Assembly: GCA_030390025.1 (NCBI GenBank) | Contig: CM059433.1 | Span: 8,000,001-8,064,000, forward strand | Source of the DNA: Squalus acanthias | Lineage: Eukaryota | Reading direction: 5' to 3' | Length of the DNA: 64,000 bases | Shown here: one piece after another, positions 24,536 to 35,529 of the stretch | Numbering within the stretch: position 1 is the first letter of the stretch | How the letters are laid out: every line of letters starts with the position of its first letter | The notes under the pieces: generated by a model | The model's input: only the letters and a program-made list of their open reading frames with translations | Told to the model about the DNA's origin: nothing | The model's database searches: none | Position numbers and translations under genes: made by a program

Positions 24536-24950
24536 GGGGGAAAAAATTGGGTATCGGTCATTTTGGGGCGCTAATATCGGCCGGGCGCAAAGTTTAGCGA
24601 ATTTTGCAGTCGGAGGCGCTAATTATCGCCTCCGACTGCAAAATTCGCCTCTATCGCCCCTGGAGGTGAGTTGAGCGCTAAATCAGGTGCTACACACCTC
24701 TCTTAAGGCGCTAACATCGGGGAGCGAGGCGCTACCTCAGAACGCTACTGAAGCTCAGGCGATGTCCGTTACCATGGAAGCCAGACAGACTGGCGCCGTC
24801 CAGTTCTTAAAGGGGAGGGGCCATCTTTCTGGCCAGTCACACCCTGCTCATTGCAGCCTTGAATCTCGGCCTGGAGAGACCTCGAAAGCAATTGTGTTGG
24901 AAGCACTAATGGATAGGCCCAGGGAAAGAGCTCGGCGCTTAGGAACCTCA
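24536..24950. mobile_element. Harbinger-type MITE, left part (relative of 2594-3486)
   Basis: Starts GGGGGAAAAAATTGGG; shares GCTACACACCTCTCTTAAGGCGC and TTGAATCTCGGCCTGGAGAGAC with 2594-3486. Confidence 0.65.
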
Positions 24951-25545
24951 AAAGTGGTGCTGAGGACCAAAATTCCTGGGGGAGCCACCATAATGATGAA
25001 AATGGATTTGCCTCCCTTGTGCTGATCAATATAGATGCTGGCAAGCCTGCAAAGGGTATGGGTGAGCTCCCTCATATCGGATAAATAGCAAACTGGCTGA
25101 TGCCAGGCAGATCAATTACTGCTGCCTGGGATGACCACATTAAAGTTGAGGATACACTGGTCACTTTAATACTTTAATAACCGACAGGGGGCTAAATTGA
25201 ATCGCCCACCAAAACGGGCGGGGGGATGGCGATGCGTGATTAACCCGTGCCCATCGGATGTAATGCAGGCAAACGGCATCTGCCACACCACTCCCTGTAG
25301 ACTTTTGAAACTTGAAACTATTATGGAAAGCACCAAAAACTTGTAGAATTGTAGCAACAGCCAGAAGAAATCAACCAGCAACTAACCCGTAAGTAGTTGA
25401 TGATCCCTTTAGATAGCACTAGTGGGGGGTCCTTCATGCTGCTTAATGCGTGTTCATCTATGCGAGCTTAAGAGAGGGTTTCGGCTGGAGCGTTCAGCTT
25501 CAAAATGGCAGCGCTGGCATCAAATCAGCGTTGCATGCTGATTAA

Positions 25546-26553
25546 CGTTAAGCAACGCCTCGATTTCAAAATTCTCATCCTTGTTTTCAAATCCCTCCAT
25601 GGCCTCGCCCCTCCCTATCTCTGTAATCTCCTTCAGCCCCACAACCTCCCCCCGAGATATCTGCGCTCTTCTAATTCTGCCCTTGGTGAGACCACACCTG
25701 GAGTACTGTGCACAGTTTTGGTCTCCTTATCTAAGGAAGGATGTACTTGCCTTGGAGGCGGTGCAACGAAGGTTCACTAGATTGATTCATGGAATGAGAG
25801 GGCTGTCCTATGATGAGAGATTGTGTAGAATGGGCTTATACTCTCTGGAGTTCAGAAGAATGAGAGGTGATCTCATTGAAACATACAAGATTCTGAAGGG
25901 GATTGACAGGGTAGATGCTGAGAGGTTGTTTCCCCCTGGCTGGAGAGTCTAGAACTAGGGGTCACAGTCTCAGGATAAGGGGTCGGCCATTTAAGACCGA
26001 GATGAGGAGGAATTTCTTCACTCAGAGGGTTGTGAATCTTTGGAATTCTCTGCCCCAGAGGGCTGTGAATGCTGAGTCTTTGAGCATATTCAAGGCTGAG
26101 ATCGATAGATTTTTGGACTCTAGGGGAATCAAGGGATATGGAGATCGGGCGGGAAAGTGGAGTTGAGGTCGATGATCAGCCATGATCTTATTGAATGGCG
26201 GAGCAGGCTCGAGGGGCCGTATGGCCGACTCCTGCTCTTATTTCTTATGTTCTTATGTTCTTATGTTGAGCATCCCTGATTATAATCGCTCAATCATTTG
26301 TGGCCGTGCCTTCTGTTGCCTCGGGCCCTAAGCTCTGGAATTCCCTGCTTAAACCTCTCCACCTCGCTACCTCTCTTTCCTCCTTTAAGACACTCCTTAA
26401 AACCTACCTCTTTGACCAAGCTTTTGGTCACCTGCCCTAATTTATCCTTATGTGGCTCGGTGTCAAATTTTTTTGTCTTATAATACTCCTGTGCAGCATC
26501 TTGGGACGTTTTACTACGTTAAAGGCGCTATATAAATACAAGTTGTTGTTGTT
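25546..26553 (+). mobile_element. L2 LINE 3' fragment, interrupted by CR1
   Basis: VKQRLDFKILILVFKSLHGLAPPYL...RSSNSAL breaks at 25681 and resumes at 26265 (TTGAGCATCCCTG), as in the uninterrupted copy 53799-54335; (TTG)n tail. Confidence 0.85.
25682..26264 (+). mobile_element. CR1 LINE 3' fragment nested in L2
   Basis: [15 protein letters not shown]...RNFFTQRVVNLWNSLP; (TTCTTATG)n tail. Confidence 0.9.
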
Positions 26554-26699
26554 GAATATCTGCCTACTCTGCATACTTCTGGCGGACGTTCACTGCATGC
26601 GTGCTAATGCCTGCACCAAATGGCAGGTCTGAAGTTTGCGCGCGCACCGCAAACGGCATTTCAGAACCCTAAGGGCGCTCGTAGCACTCCAACAGGCAA

Positions 26700-27412
26700 G
26701 AGTCTAACCATCGCCGAATCCCCCACCATCAACAGCCTGGGGGTCACCATTGACCAGAAACTTAACTGGACCAGCCACATAAATACTGTGGCAACAAGAG
26801 CAGGTCAGAGGCTAGGTATTCTGCGGCGAGTGTCTCACCTCCTGACTCCCCAAAGCCGTTCCACCATCTACAAGGCACAAGTAAGGAGTGTGATGGAATA
26901 CTCTCCACTTGCCTGGATGAGTGCAGCTCCAACAACACTCAAGAAGCTCGACACCATCCAGGACAAAGTAGCCCGTTTGATTGGTACCCCATCCCCCACC
27001 TTAAACATTCACTCCCTCCACCACCGGCGCACCGTGGCTGCAGTGTGTACCATCTACAAGATGCACTGCAGCAACTCGCCAAGGCTTCTTCGGCAGCACC
27101 TCCCAAACCCACGACCTCTTCCACCTAGAAGGACAAGGGCAGCAGGCGCATGGGAACACCATCACCTGCAAGTTCCCCTCCAAGTCACACACCATCCTGA
27201 CTTGAAAGTGTATCGCCGATCCTTCATCGTCGCTGGGTCAAAATCCTGGAACCCCCTCCCTAACAGCACTGTGGGAGCACCTTCACCACATGGACTGCAG
27301 CGGTTTAAGAAGGCGGCTCACCACCACCTTCTCAAGGGCAATTAGGGATGGGCAATAAATGCTGGCCTTGCCAGCGACGCCCACATCCCATAAAACGAAT
27401 TAAAAAAAAGAA
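26700..27412 (+). mobile_element. Non-LTR retrotransposon 3' fragment (same family as 21352)
   Basis: ORF 26620-27345 has LGVTIDQKLNWTSHIN...IYKAQVRSVMEYS, an RT thumb-region pattern; A-rich tail. Confidence 0.85.
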
Positions 27413-27934
27413 AAACGGGAGCGCTACCGATCCCAATTTCTTGCCCATTATGTCTGTAGGGCTGCTTCAAGCAGACAGCGTCGATCAGTGATTGCCTCTC
27501 TGCTCAGGTCCGAGCTGCCGAGGCTCCGCTCCCTGGTGAGATCAGCACCTGGAATGGTGCGCTTGCTGCCTGGATTACCACCGGCTCCCATATTTTACAT
27601 TTGCTGTTCCCACAGGCAACTTAAATCATTGAATCGCGTGGCGCTATACGCAGCGTCCATGATGCCACAAAGACAACGCCATCCAAGGTTCTGATACATC
27701 CCTGATTCATTCTCGACCTCTGTCTGCTCACTCCGCAGATATTGCCCAAGATTCAGATATGGGGTAGAAGCACCCAAAACGGGCTAATTGGAAAACACAG
27801 GAAATTTGCTGTGAGCCTGATTCATTGCCATTGAACAGGGATTTAACAAGCTTCACTACAGCTAACCACAAAATGTCTGTTATTACTCCAGAAGGAATTC
27901 CAAGGGATATGCTAACCACTATAGTGTCTTTCAC

Positions 27935-28703
27935 AATCTCAGGACGTTCCAAAGTGCTTTACAGCCAATGCGGTACTTTTGACACGTAACCACTGTTGTA
28001 ATGTAGGAAACACTGCAGCCAATTTTGTGCACAGCAAGGAGATAATGACCAGGTAATCTGTTTTAATAAGAACATAAGAACATAAGAAATAGGAGCAGGA
28101 GTCGGCCATTTGGCCCTTCGAGCCTGCTCCGCCATTCAATAAGATCATGGCTGATCTTCTACCTCAACTCCACTTTCCCGCACTATCCCCTAGATTCCCT
28201 TAGTATCCAAAAATCTATCGATCTCAGTCTTGAATATATTCAACGACTGAGCCTCCACAGCCCTCTGGGGTAGAGAATTCCAAAGATTCACCACCCTCTG
28301 AGTGAAGAAATTTCTCCTCATCTCAGTCCTAAATGGTATTTAACCTCACTGTACCTGAAGAAGGAGCAGAGCTCCGAAAGCTAGTAATTTCAAATAAAAC
28401 TGTTGGACTATAACCTGGTGTTGTGCGACTTCTCATTTTTGTCCACCCCAGTCCAACACCGGCATCTCCGCTAAATGGTATTGGTTGAGGTATATTCACC
28501 AGGACACCGGGGATAATTCTCCTGCTCTTCTTCAAAATAGTGCCGTGGGATTTTCGCGTCCACGCGAGAGAGCAGACGGGGCCTCAGTTTAGCGTCTCAT
28601 CTGAAAGACGGCACCTCAGACAGTGCAGCGCTGCCTCGGTACTGTACTGGAGTGTCAGCCTAGATCTTGTGCTCAAGTCTCTGGAGTGGGATTATGAACC
28701 CAC

Positions 28704-28734
<31 letters not shown>

Positions 28735-28752
28735 AACTGAGCCACGGCCAAT
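27935..28752 (-). mobile_element. DeuSINE interrupted by a CR1 3' end (28066-28336, minus) and a Penelope fragment (28341-28470, plus)
   Basis: SINE halves 27935-28065 and 28480-28752 are colinear with the uninterrupted copies. Confidence 0.8.
28352..28386 (+). ncRNA. Minimal type I hammerhead ribozyme motif (PLE family B)
   Basis: UAC-CUGAAGA-A-GGAGC-AGA-GCUCC-GAAA-GCUA-GUA. Confidence 0.6.
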
Positions 28753-30473
28753 ACTGGCAAATTGCAGGTTAATGCACACCCCAGAATTTCCTCAAGGCTT
28801 AACCATCAATTGGTGGTGGGTTAACATTATCTCACAGAGAATCATAGAAAGTTACAACACGGAAGGAGGCCATTTCGGCCCATTGTGTCCGCGCCGGCCA
28901 AATTTGTGGCCTTGGGAGATCCAAATAATCTCTCTTTACTTTGAGCTCTGAAAGAGGGAGTGCATTTGTCTTTTCAGGTACAAAAAATAGCCTTCATTAA
29001 CTTTTCCTGACCATGTCTACTGTCCGTTCACATTCTCTGAAAGTTTTCAACTCTGTTATATTCATCTGAGAGCTTTTAAATGAAGTGAGTGCTTCTGAAA
29101 TCATCAATCAATTTCATCATTTTATTATTAAAGTGCAAGAACCACCTGGTAATTGCAATGCCAGGGAGTCAGACCCTTGATTGGAGGACCCAAATTCAAA
29201 TAACCCGAATCTAGACTGACATTTTCACCTTGGCTTCACTTAGATGGACATGTGTGCCATTCGGACTGACGAATGGGTGGGAAGTAAAGAATGCTTCTTG
29301 GGCACAGACCTTTCTTCCAATACTCAACTCAAAAAAACAATGCAGATGTTTACCCTTAGTTCTTGTCTCTTTCAGACAGAAGGGCACAGTGGCCTGGGAT
29401 ACAAGTTTTGTTGTGACCTCTAATGGATGCCATTGACTGGAGAGATATGTTGCAGGGCAAGTAAGCTTTCCTGCTAACTTTTTCTTTTAACTCATTGATG
29501 GAATATCCTGCAACACTGAGCATCTCAGCTGAGAACTGAGAATAAGCGACACTCCAACCCAGGGATAGTTTTGGCTGAATGCTAGATCAGGCTGGCTCTT
29601 AAGGCAGGCCCACGGGAATGGAAGTCCAACTTTGCCATGAGGGGTACCCGCCTACCACCCCCAAGCTTTTTGCATTCTCTGTCCCTCCTCTTGTTATTTT
29701 CCTTTACCGTGACAATTTGACCTCACTGACCCCTTTTGGTCTACCGATGCTGCGCACCACTCCGTGAGCGAGCTTCCATGGACTTCGCCGCTGCCGCTCT
29801 CTAAGCTGGTGTTAGAAAGTGCACAAGAGTGGCCCACTGGGAATTGCCCTCTGATTTTTCTTTCCATCCCTGGCTAAAACCAGGAGGTCACTGGGTGGGA
29901 AATTGTGGATAATCGCCTGTCTCACCAACATATTTCACGCTCGACTGTTCATTTATTTTTTTTTGCCTTATCTTTGAGTTAAATCTTTTTTTCATTTTTA
30001 AACTCCTGCGTGCAATTTGTTTTCTTGTCGAACGAAGCAACGTGTAGAGCCTGATAAGGAATACACGCAAGTGAAATAGATAAAGATGTATCTATATAGA
30101 GAGGGTACATGACACGGAGCAATTGTTCACAAAAATAAACTATTTGATGGAGGGGACCCCAACTTACAAGCGTCACAAGCAGAAACAAGTTTTGTTACCT
30201 GATATCGCAAGTGGCTTCTCATTCACAAAACCATCAGTGTTCTGTCTTGGGGTGGTGGGGGGTCGGGGGGGGTGGGGGGGCTTTGATTCGTTTTTTTTTT
30301 GCAGAACCAGCTTTCCGCAGTTTATTTTCAAAGGCAGAACTCTCCGTTTGAGGTGAAGCTATTGACTGAGATTACAGAGATGGGCAAAATGCTTGGATTT
30401 CAACAAAGTGGACGAGGTGACGTGTATTCCGTTTACCTATTGGCGCCGCCGCCGTTGGAAGCAACTTCACGAT

Positions 30474-30650
30474 AGCAAAATACTGCGGATGCTGGAAATC
30501 CGAAATAACAACAGAAAACGCTGGAAAAACTCAGCAGGCCAGGCAGCATCCGTGGAGAGAGAGAAACAGAGTTAACGTTTCAGGTCTGTGACCCTTGGTC
30601 TTCGACCTGAAACGTTAACTCTGTTTCTCTCTCCACGGATGCTGCCTGGC
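30474..30650. mobile_element. Penelope-like terminal fragment, fold-back arrangement
   Basis: Inverted arms GGCCAGGCAGCATCCGTGGAGAGAG...GTTAACGTTTCAGGTC and GACCTGAAACGTTAAC...GCTGCCTGGCC. Confidence 0.75.
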
Positions 30651-30870
30651 CGGAAGCAATTTCACGTTGTGCTGTGGCGCCGGGGGTTCTGAACTTGCGC
30701 TCCATACTCTGAATTCGGAGCCCCCCACAGGAAGCCGGAACTAATGTGCACTGTGAGAGCAAGGATTGCTGGCCTGTGCAGATAGTCTGAGTGTTCGGCA
30801 CACCTGCGGGCGCAGCCAGGTCAATATGGATGCGAGTTACATTTTCCCGCTTTGCCCCCAGAGACACATC

Positions 30871-32178
30871 GGGGGTCATTTTAACCCCCCAAAAAAAACA
30901 GGTGGGTTTGGGTCGGTCGGGATGTTAAAATTATAGAAATTTCAAACCCGAACCCGACCTGCCTCGAACCCGCCCACTTGCGGTTTTAAGAGAGGCGGGA
31001 TGGGGGGGCTGGGTGACCAACCCGCTCCCAGGGAGGCGAATGGGTCATTTAATATTTTAATCAGGCCGCCTGCCTCAGACTTTTATCTCTCTTGCAGCTT
31101 TAACGCTGGCCGGCCGGGTTTCCTGGTCCTCGGGAAACCCGACAGCTAAAGGGAGGTGAGGACTGCTGCGTGGAAGAGGCACGTGACTTTCCAACGGTGC
31201 TTGTGGGCCAGGAGGAGCAGGAGTGCTTCCCCCCGCCCCCCACCACCCCCGGCTCAGCTGTGGCTCCCTCGCCTCTGAGCCAGAAGGTTGTGGGTTCACA
31301 GTCCCCACTCCAGGGACTTGAGCACGTTAAAGCTAGGCTGACACTCCCAGTGCAGTGCTGAGGGAGTGCTGCACTGTCAGAGGTGCCGTCTTTATGATGA
31401 GATATTAAACCGAGGCCCCGTCTGCTCTCTCAGGTGGATGTAAAAGATCCCATGGCACTATTTCGAAGAAGAACAGGGGAGTTATCCCCGGTGTCCTGGC
31501 CAATATTTATCCCTCAACCAACATAACAAAAACAGATTATCTGGTCATTATCACATTGCTGTTTGTGGGACCTTGCTGTGCGCATATTGACTGCCGCGTT
31601 TCCCACATTACAACAGTGACTACACTTCAAAAAGTACTTCATTGGCTGTAAAGCGCTTTGAGATGTCCGGTGGTCATGAAAGGCGCTATAGAAATGCAAG
31701 TCTTTCTTTTTCCCCCCCCCCCAAACTAACCTGCTTCCCACCCTGCGATCAGACCCACCGCGATCACCGATCTCACCCCACGATCACCGAGCCCCCAGCA
31801 ATCACCGCCCCCCCGCGATTACTGATCCCCACCGCGATAACCGACCCCCCCAAACCCCCATCCATCCCTCCCCCCACCCTGATCTCTCTCTGACTCCCCG
31901 TGATCACCCCGACATTCCAAGCCACGCTGTACCCACCCCCCCCCACCTCGCGATGTTCACCCGAGGAGCAGGGAACCTACCTGCTCCTGGGCTGCGGCCT
32001 CTTTGCAGTGTTCCCCTCCCGACAGGCAGCCGAGCCTGTCAATCCGGCTGGCTTCTGAGCGTGACCCTGCTAAAAAAAAACACACACACACACTGTGGAG
32101 GTAAAACTCCATGGCGTTCGGGGAAACCCGGACTCTCGACAAGAACTCCTCCCCACACCCGCTTGGAAATCGCACCCC
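30871..32178. mobile_element. Probable Harbinger-type MITE with a nested SINE and a C-rich interior
   Basis: Ends GGGGGTCATTTT / AAATCGCACCCC (imperfect); GC-rich subterminal AACCCG motifs. Confidence 0.5.
31251..31710 (+). mobile_element. tRNA-derived DeuSINE (SacSINE1-like), near full length
   Basis: Head GGCTCAG...GGGTTCACAGTCCC (A/B-box-like), conserved core, tail AGGCGCTATAGAAATGCAAGTC. Confidence 0.85.
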
Positions 32179-33037
32179 AGTAAATATCAGGCCATCATGT
32201 CACGAGGTGTTAGTCTGGGCCTTCCAAGGATGGAGTAAAACATCCCACAAGATGTGTTTATAAGGGTAGTGTTTATAAATGCAGAATCTTTCCCAGTATC
32301 TGGGAACTCGAAGAGATCGACTTGAGCCAGATTGTCTGGAGCTGTTGAAGACTGCGTTCTGGTTTGACTTTTTCCTGAGGCTCCTGTAAACACAGTGGAG
32401 TGAGTTTTTCACCAAAGTTTATCAACAATTGGAATGGAATATTTGTAACTTTAATTTGGTTTTTCTACCCAAAATATATCAATAGTATTACCCCTTTAAT
32501 TGCAATTTGTTTTTACATGAACAGAACCAATAGCGTTGTTTTACATTAATCTCCTTTTTAAATCTTTTGCTCATTTTTGCAACACCTTACTGAGAGCCAA
32601 AATAATGTAAAAGAAAATACAGGGATAATATTTTGTGAAAATATTATCTTACTCTCGTCAGGGACAATTTCTTTTTGATATTCCTCACAAAAGGGAAGGC
32701 AAAATCGGACTGTCTGGTCTGGGTTTTCCTTCGCAGAACTATTCATTTTCCTGTGGTTTTGCGGCACGACAAAGGGGTTGTTCTGTGCCTTCAAAGGTGG
32801 GCTTCTAAGGGGCAGTGTTTATAAATGCACATCAGGTTGCTCAGGAGGGGAGAGAAGGTTCAGCAAGAGAGCCGTCGGCCTGCAGCGAGAGAAAGGAGCC
32901 AGCAACTTATTGTCGATTGCTTTGAACGAATAAAAGTGGTGAAGGTGGATAAAGATGCTTCCCTCAGAGCTCGTTCCCCCTGCCCCGACTGCACATCAAG
33001 ACAGACCTTCCCAAAGGCTAGCCTTAAAAAAAGAAAA

Positions 33038-33655
33038 AAGTGAGAAGTCACACAACACCAGGTTATAGTCCAACAGTTTTATTTGAAATCACAAGCTTTC
33101 GGAGCGGCTGCTCCTTCGTCAGGTGAAGTGAAGGAATACGAATCGGCAAAGCATATATAGACAGAGAACAATGCCTGTGTAGTGTACAATGTCAGACGAC
33201 TACAGTTAATCTTTCTGACTGCCTTTTATCACACCTCGGCAGAGAAACAATCAGGTCAGTCAGGAAGACATTATATCAAAGACATAGCAAAATACAACTA
33301 AAACAATGAGGTGGGGTCACAGGGGATCTAATGTGTCAAATGCTGCAGTCTGTATGGAAAACCATAAACTTTAAACTTTTTACTTTTTTTTACTGGAAAT
33401 CACATCTGTGAACAAGCCAACAACGACTCGAGTCTGGATGACTCTACGTCAAGTGGGGTTACATGTAACGTGACATGAACCCAAGATCCCGGTTGAGGCC
33501 GTCCTCGTGGGTGAGGAACTTGGCTATCAGTTTCTGCTCGATGATTTTGCGTTGTCGTGTGTCTCGAAGGCCGCCTTGGAGAACGCTTACCCGAAGATCC
33601 GAGGCTGAATGTCCTTGACTGCTGAAGTGTTCCCCGACTGGGAGGTAACAATCCT
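33038..33655 (-). mobile_element. Penelope-like element fragments (family B): GIY-YIG C-terminus and terminal repeat
   Basis: ORF 33459-33677 has LPVGEHFSSQGHSASDLRVSVLQ...RKIIEQKLIAKFLTHEDGLNRD; 33045-33126 matches 28341-28435. Confidence 0.75.
33089..33126 (-). ncRNA. Minimal type I hammerhead ribozyme motif (PLE family B)
   Basis: Minus strand reads UCAC-CUGACGA-A-GGAGC-AGCC-GCUCC-GAAA-GCUU-GUGA, with perfect stem I (4 bp) and stem II (5 bp). Confidence 0.7.
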
Positions 33656-33849
33656 GCATTAAAAAAAGAAAATTCACATTTCACCAACACAGCCCACTAA
33701 GTTGCACACATCCAGAGAATTGAACTCTGAAGTCTATGTGGTCAATCATTTTTAGTTTTCCAGTCTAATATTTTACAAGTGATTCCCATCATTTCAAACA
33801 GCAACTACAGCTATTGCTTACCACTATGTCCATACATTGTGCCAACTAA

Positions 33850-35484
33850 CTTATTTACTGTAGCTCCTATCCTCCTACTTCTACGCGGTGCTCCCTCAGT
33901 GATACTAGGTTGGCAGGCAAGTAACTGGGAAGGTTCCCCTGGAACTTTTGAGGACTGTGGTGACTCTCATCCCAGTGAAGATGCTCTCCCTGAGGGTCCC
34001 ATTTACAGAAGCCTTCTCTTACAATGTCAATGGACACTGAACTCAGATCTGAAGCTCTGTCATGTGCTGGCATTGGTGGATTCTTTAAGCTATTTGTTAC
34101 TCTCATGAAAGACAGTGACATCTGTTACTAGTCCTTGCAGCCCACTGGTGCTAGGCACAGGGTCAGATGTGCTACTGGTTAGAGTGAGAGCAGCCCGAAT
34201 AGTCTCAGTTAAATCTGGGAAATCTTCTTCTTAGGCAGTCCCTCGGAACCGAGGAGGACTTGCTTCCGCACTAAAAAATGAGTTCTCAGGTGACTGATGA
34301 GTCCAATGCGGGACCTACAGTCTCTGTCACAGGTGGGGCAGACGGTGGTTGAAGGGGTGGGTGGGTTGACGTGCGCTCCTTCCGCTGTTTGCGCTTGGCT
34401 TCCGCTTGCTCCCGGCGAAGAGACTCGAGGTGTTCGGCGCCTTCCCGGATGCTACTCCTCCACTTTGTGCGGTCTTGGGCCAGGGATTCCCAGGTGTCGG
34501 TGGGGATGTTGCACTTTTTCAAGGAGGCTTTAAGGGTGTCCTTGAAGCGTTTTCTCTGCCCACCTGGGGCTCTCTTGCCGTGTCGGAGCTCCGAGTAGAG
34601 CGCTTGTTTTGGGAGTCTCATATCGGGCATGCGGACGATGTGGCCCGTCCATCGGAGCTGATCGAGCGTGGTCAAAGCTTCGATGCTGGGGATGTTGACC
34701 TGAGCGAGAACACTGACGTTGGTGCGTCTATCCTGCCAATGGATTTGCAGGATCTTGCGGAGGCAGCGTTGGTGGTACCTCTCCAGTGCTTTGAGGTGCC
34801 TGCTGTACATGGTCCATGTCTCTGAAGCATACAGGAGGGCGGGTATCACTACTGCTCTGTCGACCATAAGTTTGGTGCTGGGTTTGGAAATACTGTGAAA
34901 GTGTTGTCTTAAGCCTGACCTTTAAGGCATCCAATGAATCAGTCATAACTGTCACTCTGGAAAAAAACAAGGTCCTTAGTACCTTCTCCTGGTGCCTTTT
35001 TGCCACATATATGACAAACTTCCTGTATTAGTTTTCAGATGTGTGTAGTGGGCACATGCCACTTTGTCATCATCTCAACCATACGCGAGGAAGCATCTCC
35101 ATTGTCTGCATGTGAGAATGATGCTCTCAAATCAGTGTTCTTTTCAAGATTGTGTCCCTGAGATCTGAATCACTAGTCTTCTCAGCCAAGGGTGGACGTT
35201 TCTTCACCCTCTGTGGAGGAACAGTTCGATCATCCTCACCCACTCTCATGCTCACTAGTGCACGATATTCCACTTGGTGAAAACCCTTCTGACTTGTTAA
35301 CTCTCGACTTGTCTCAAGTGAACGTCCCTGGGCTGGTGCTGAAGAACGCAAGATGCCATGACAAAGTTGGTGAGGGTGGGGCAGGAATTGGACAGCTTGA
35401 TGCACTTGCCTGCTCATCTGACACGTTTTCCTTTTCCTTCAAGCTATCTCCTAGGACGTTCAAAGCACAAAAAGCCTTCTGAGC
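33850..35484 (-). pseudogene. Decayed Harbinger Myb/SANT gene last exon, split by RTE
   Basis: Acceptor ttttcacag near 35485; DSDLRDTILKRTLI*EHHSHM; terminal TEGAPRRSRRIG near 33870-33905 resembles GEAPHRSTRKRK of the intact gene. Confidence 0.45.
34224..34887 (-). mobile_element. RTE LINE 3' fragment
   Basis: ORF 34286-34867 has VIPALLYASETW...LRWTGHIVRM...GGQRKRFKDTLK; (GAA)n tail. Confidence 0.9.
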
Positions 35485-35529
35485 TGTGAAAACAATCGCA
35501 TGTCTCTTTGAAGAAATAGTAGCTAAATC

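Noticed and set aside
31251..31320. tRNA gene
   Set aside because: It is the degenerate tRNA-derived head of a SINE and has no complete cloverleaf.
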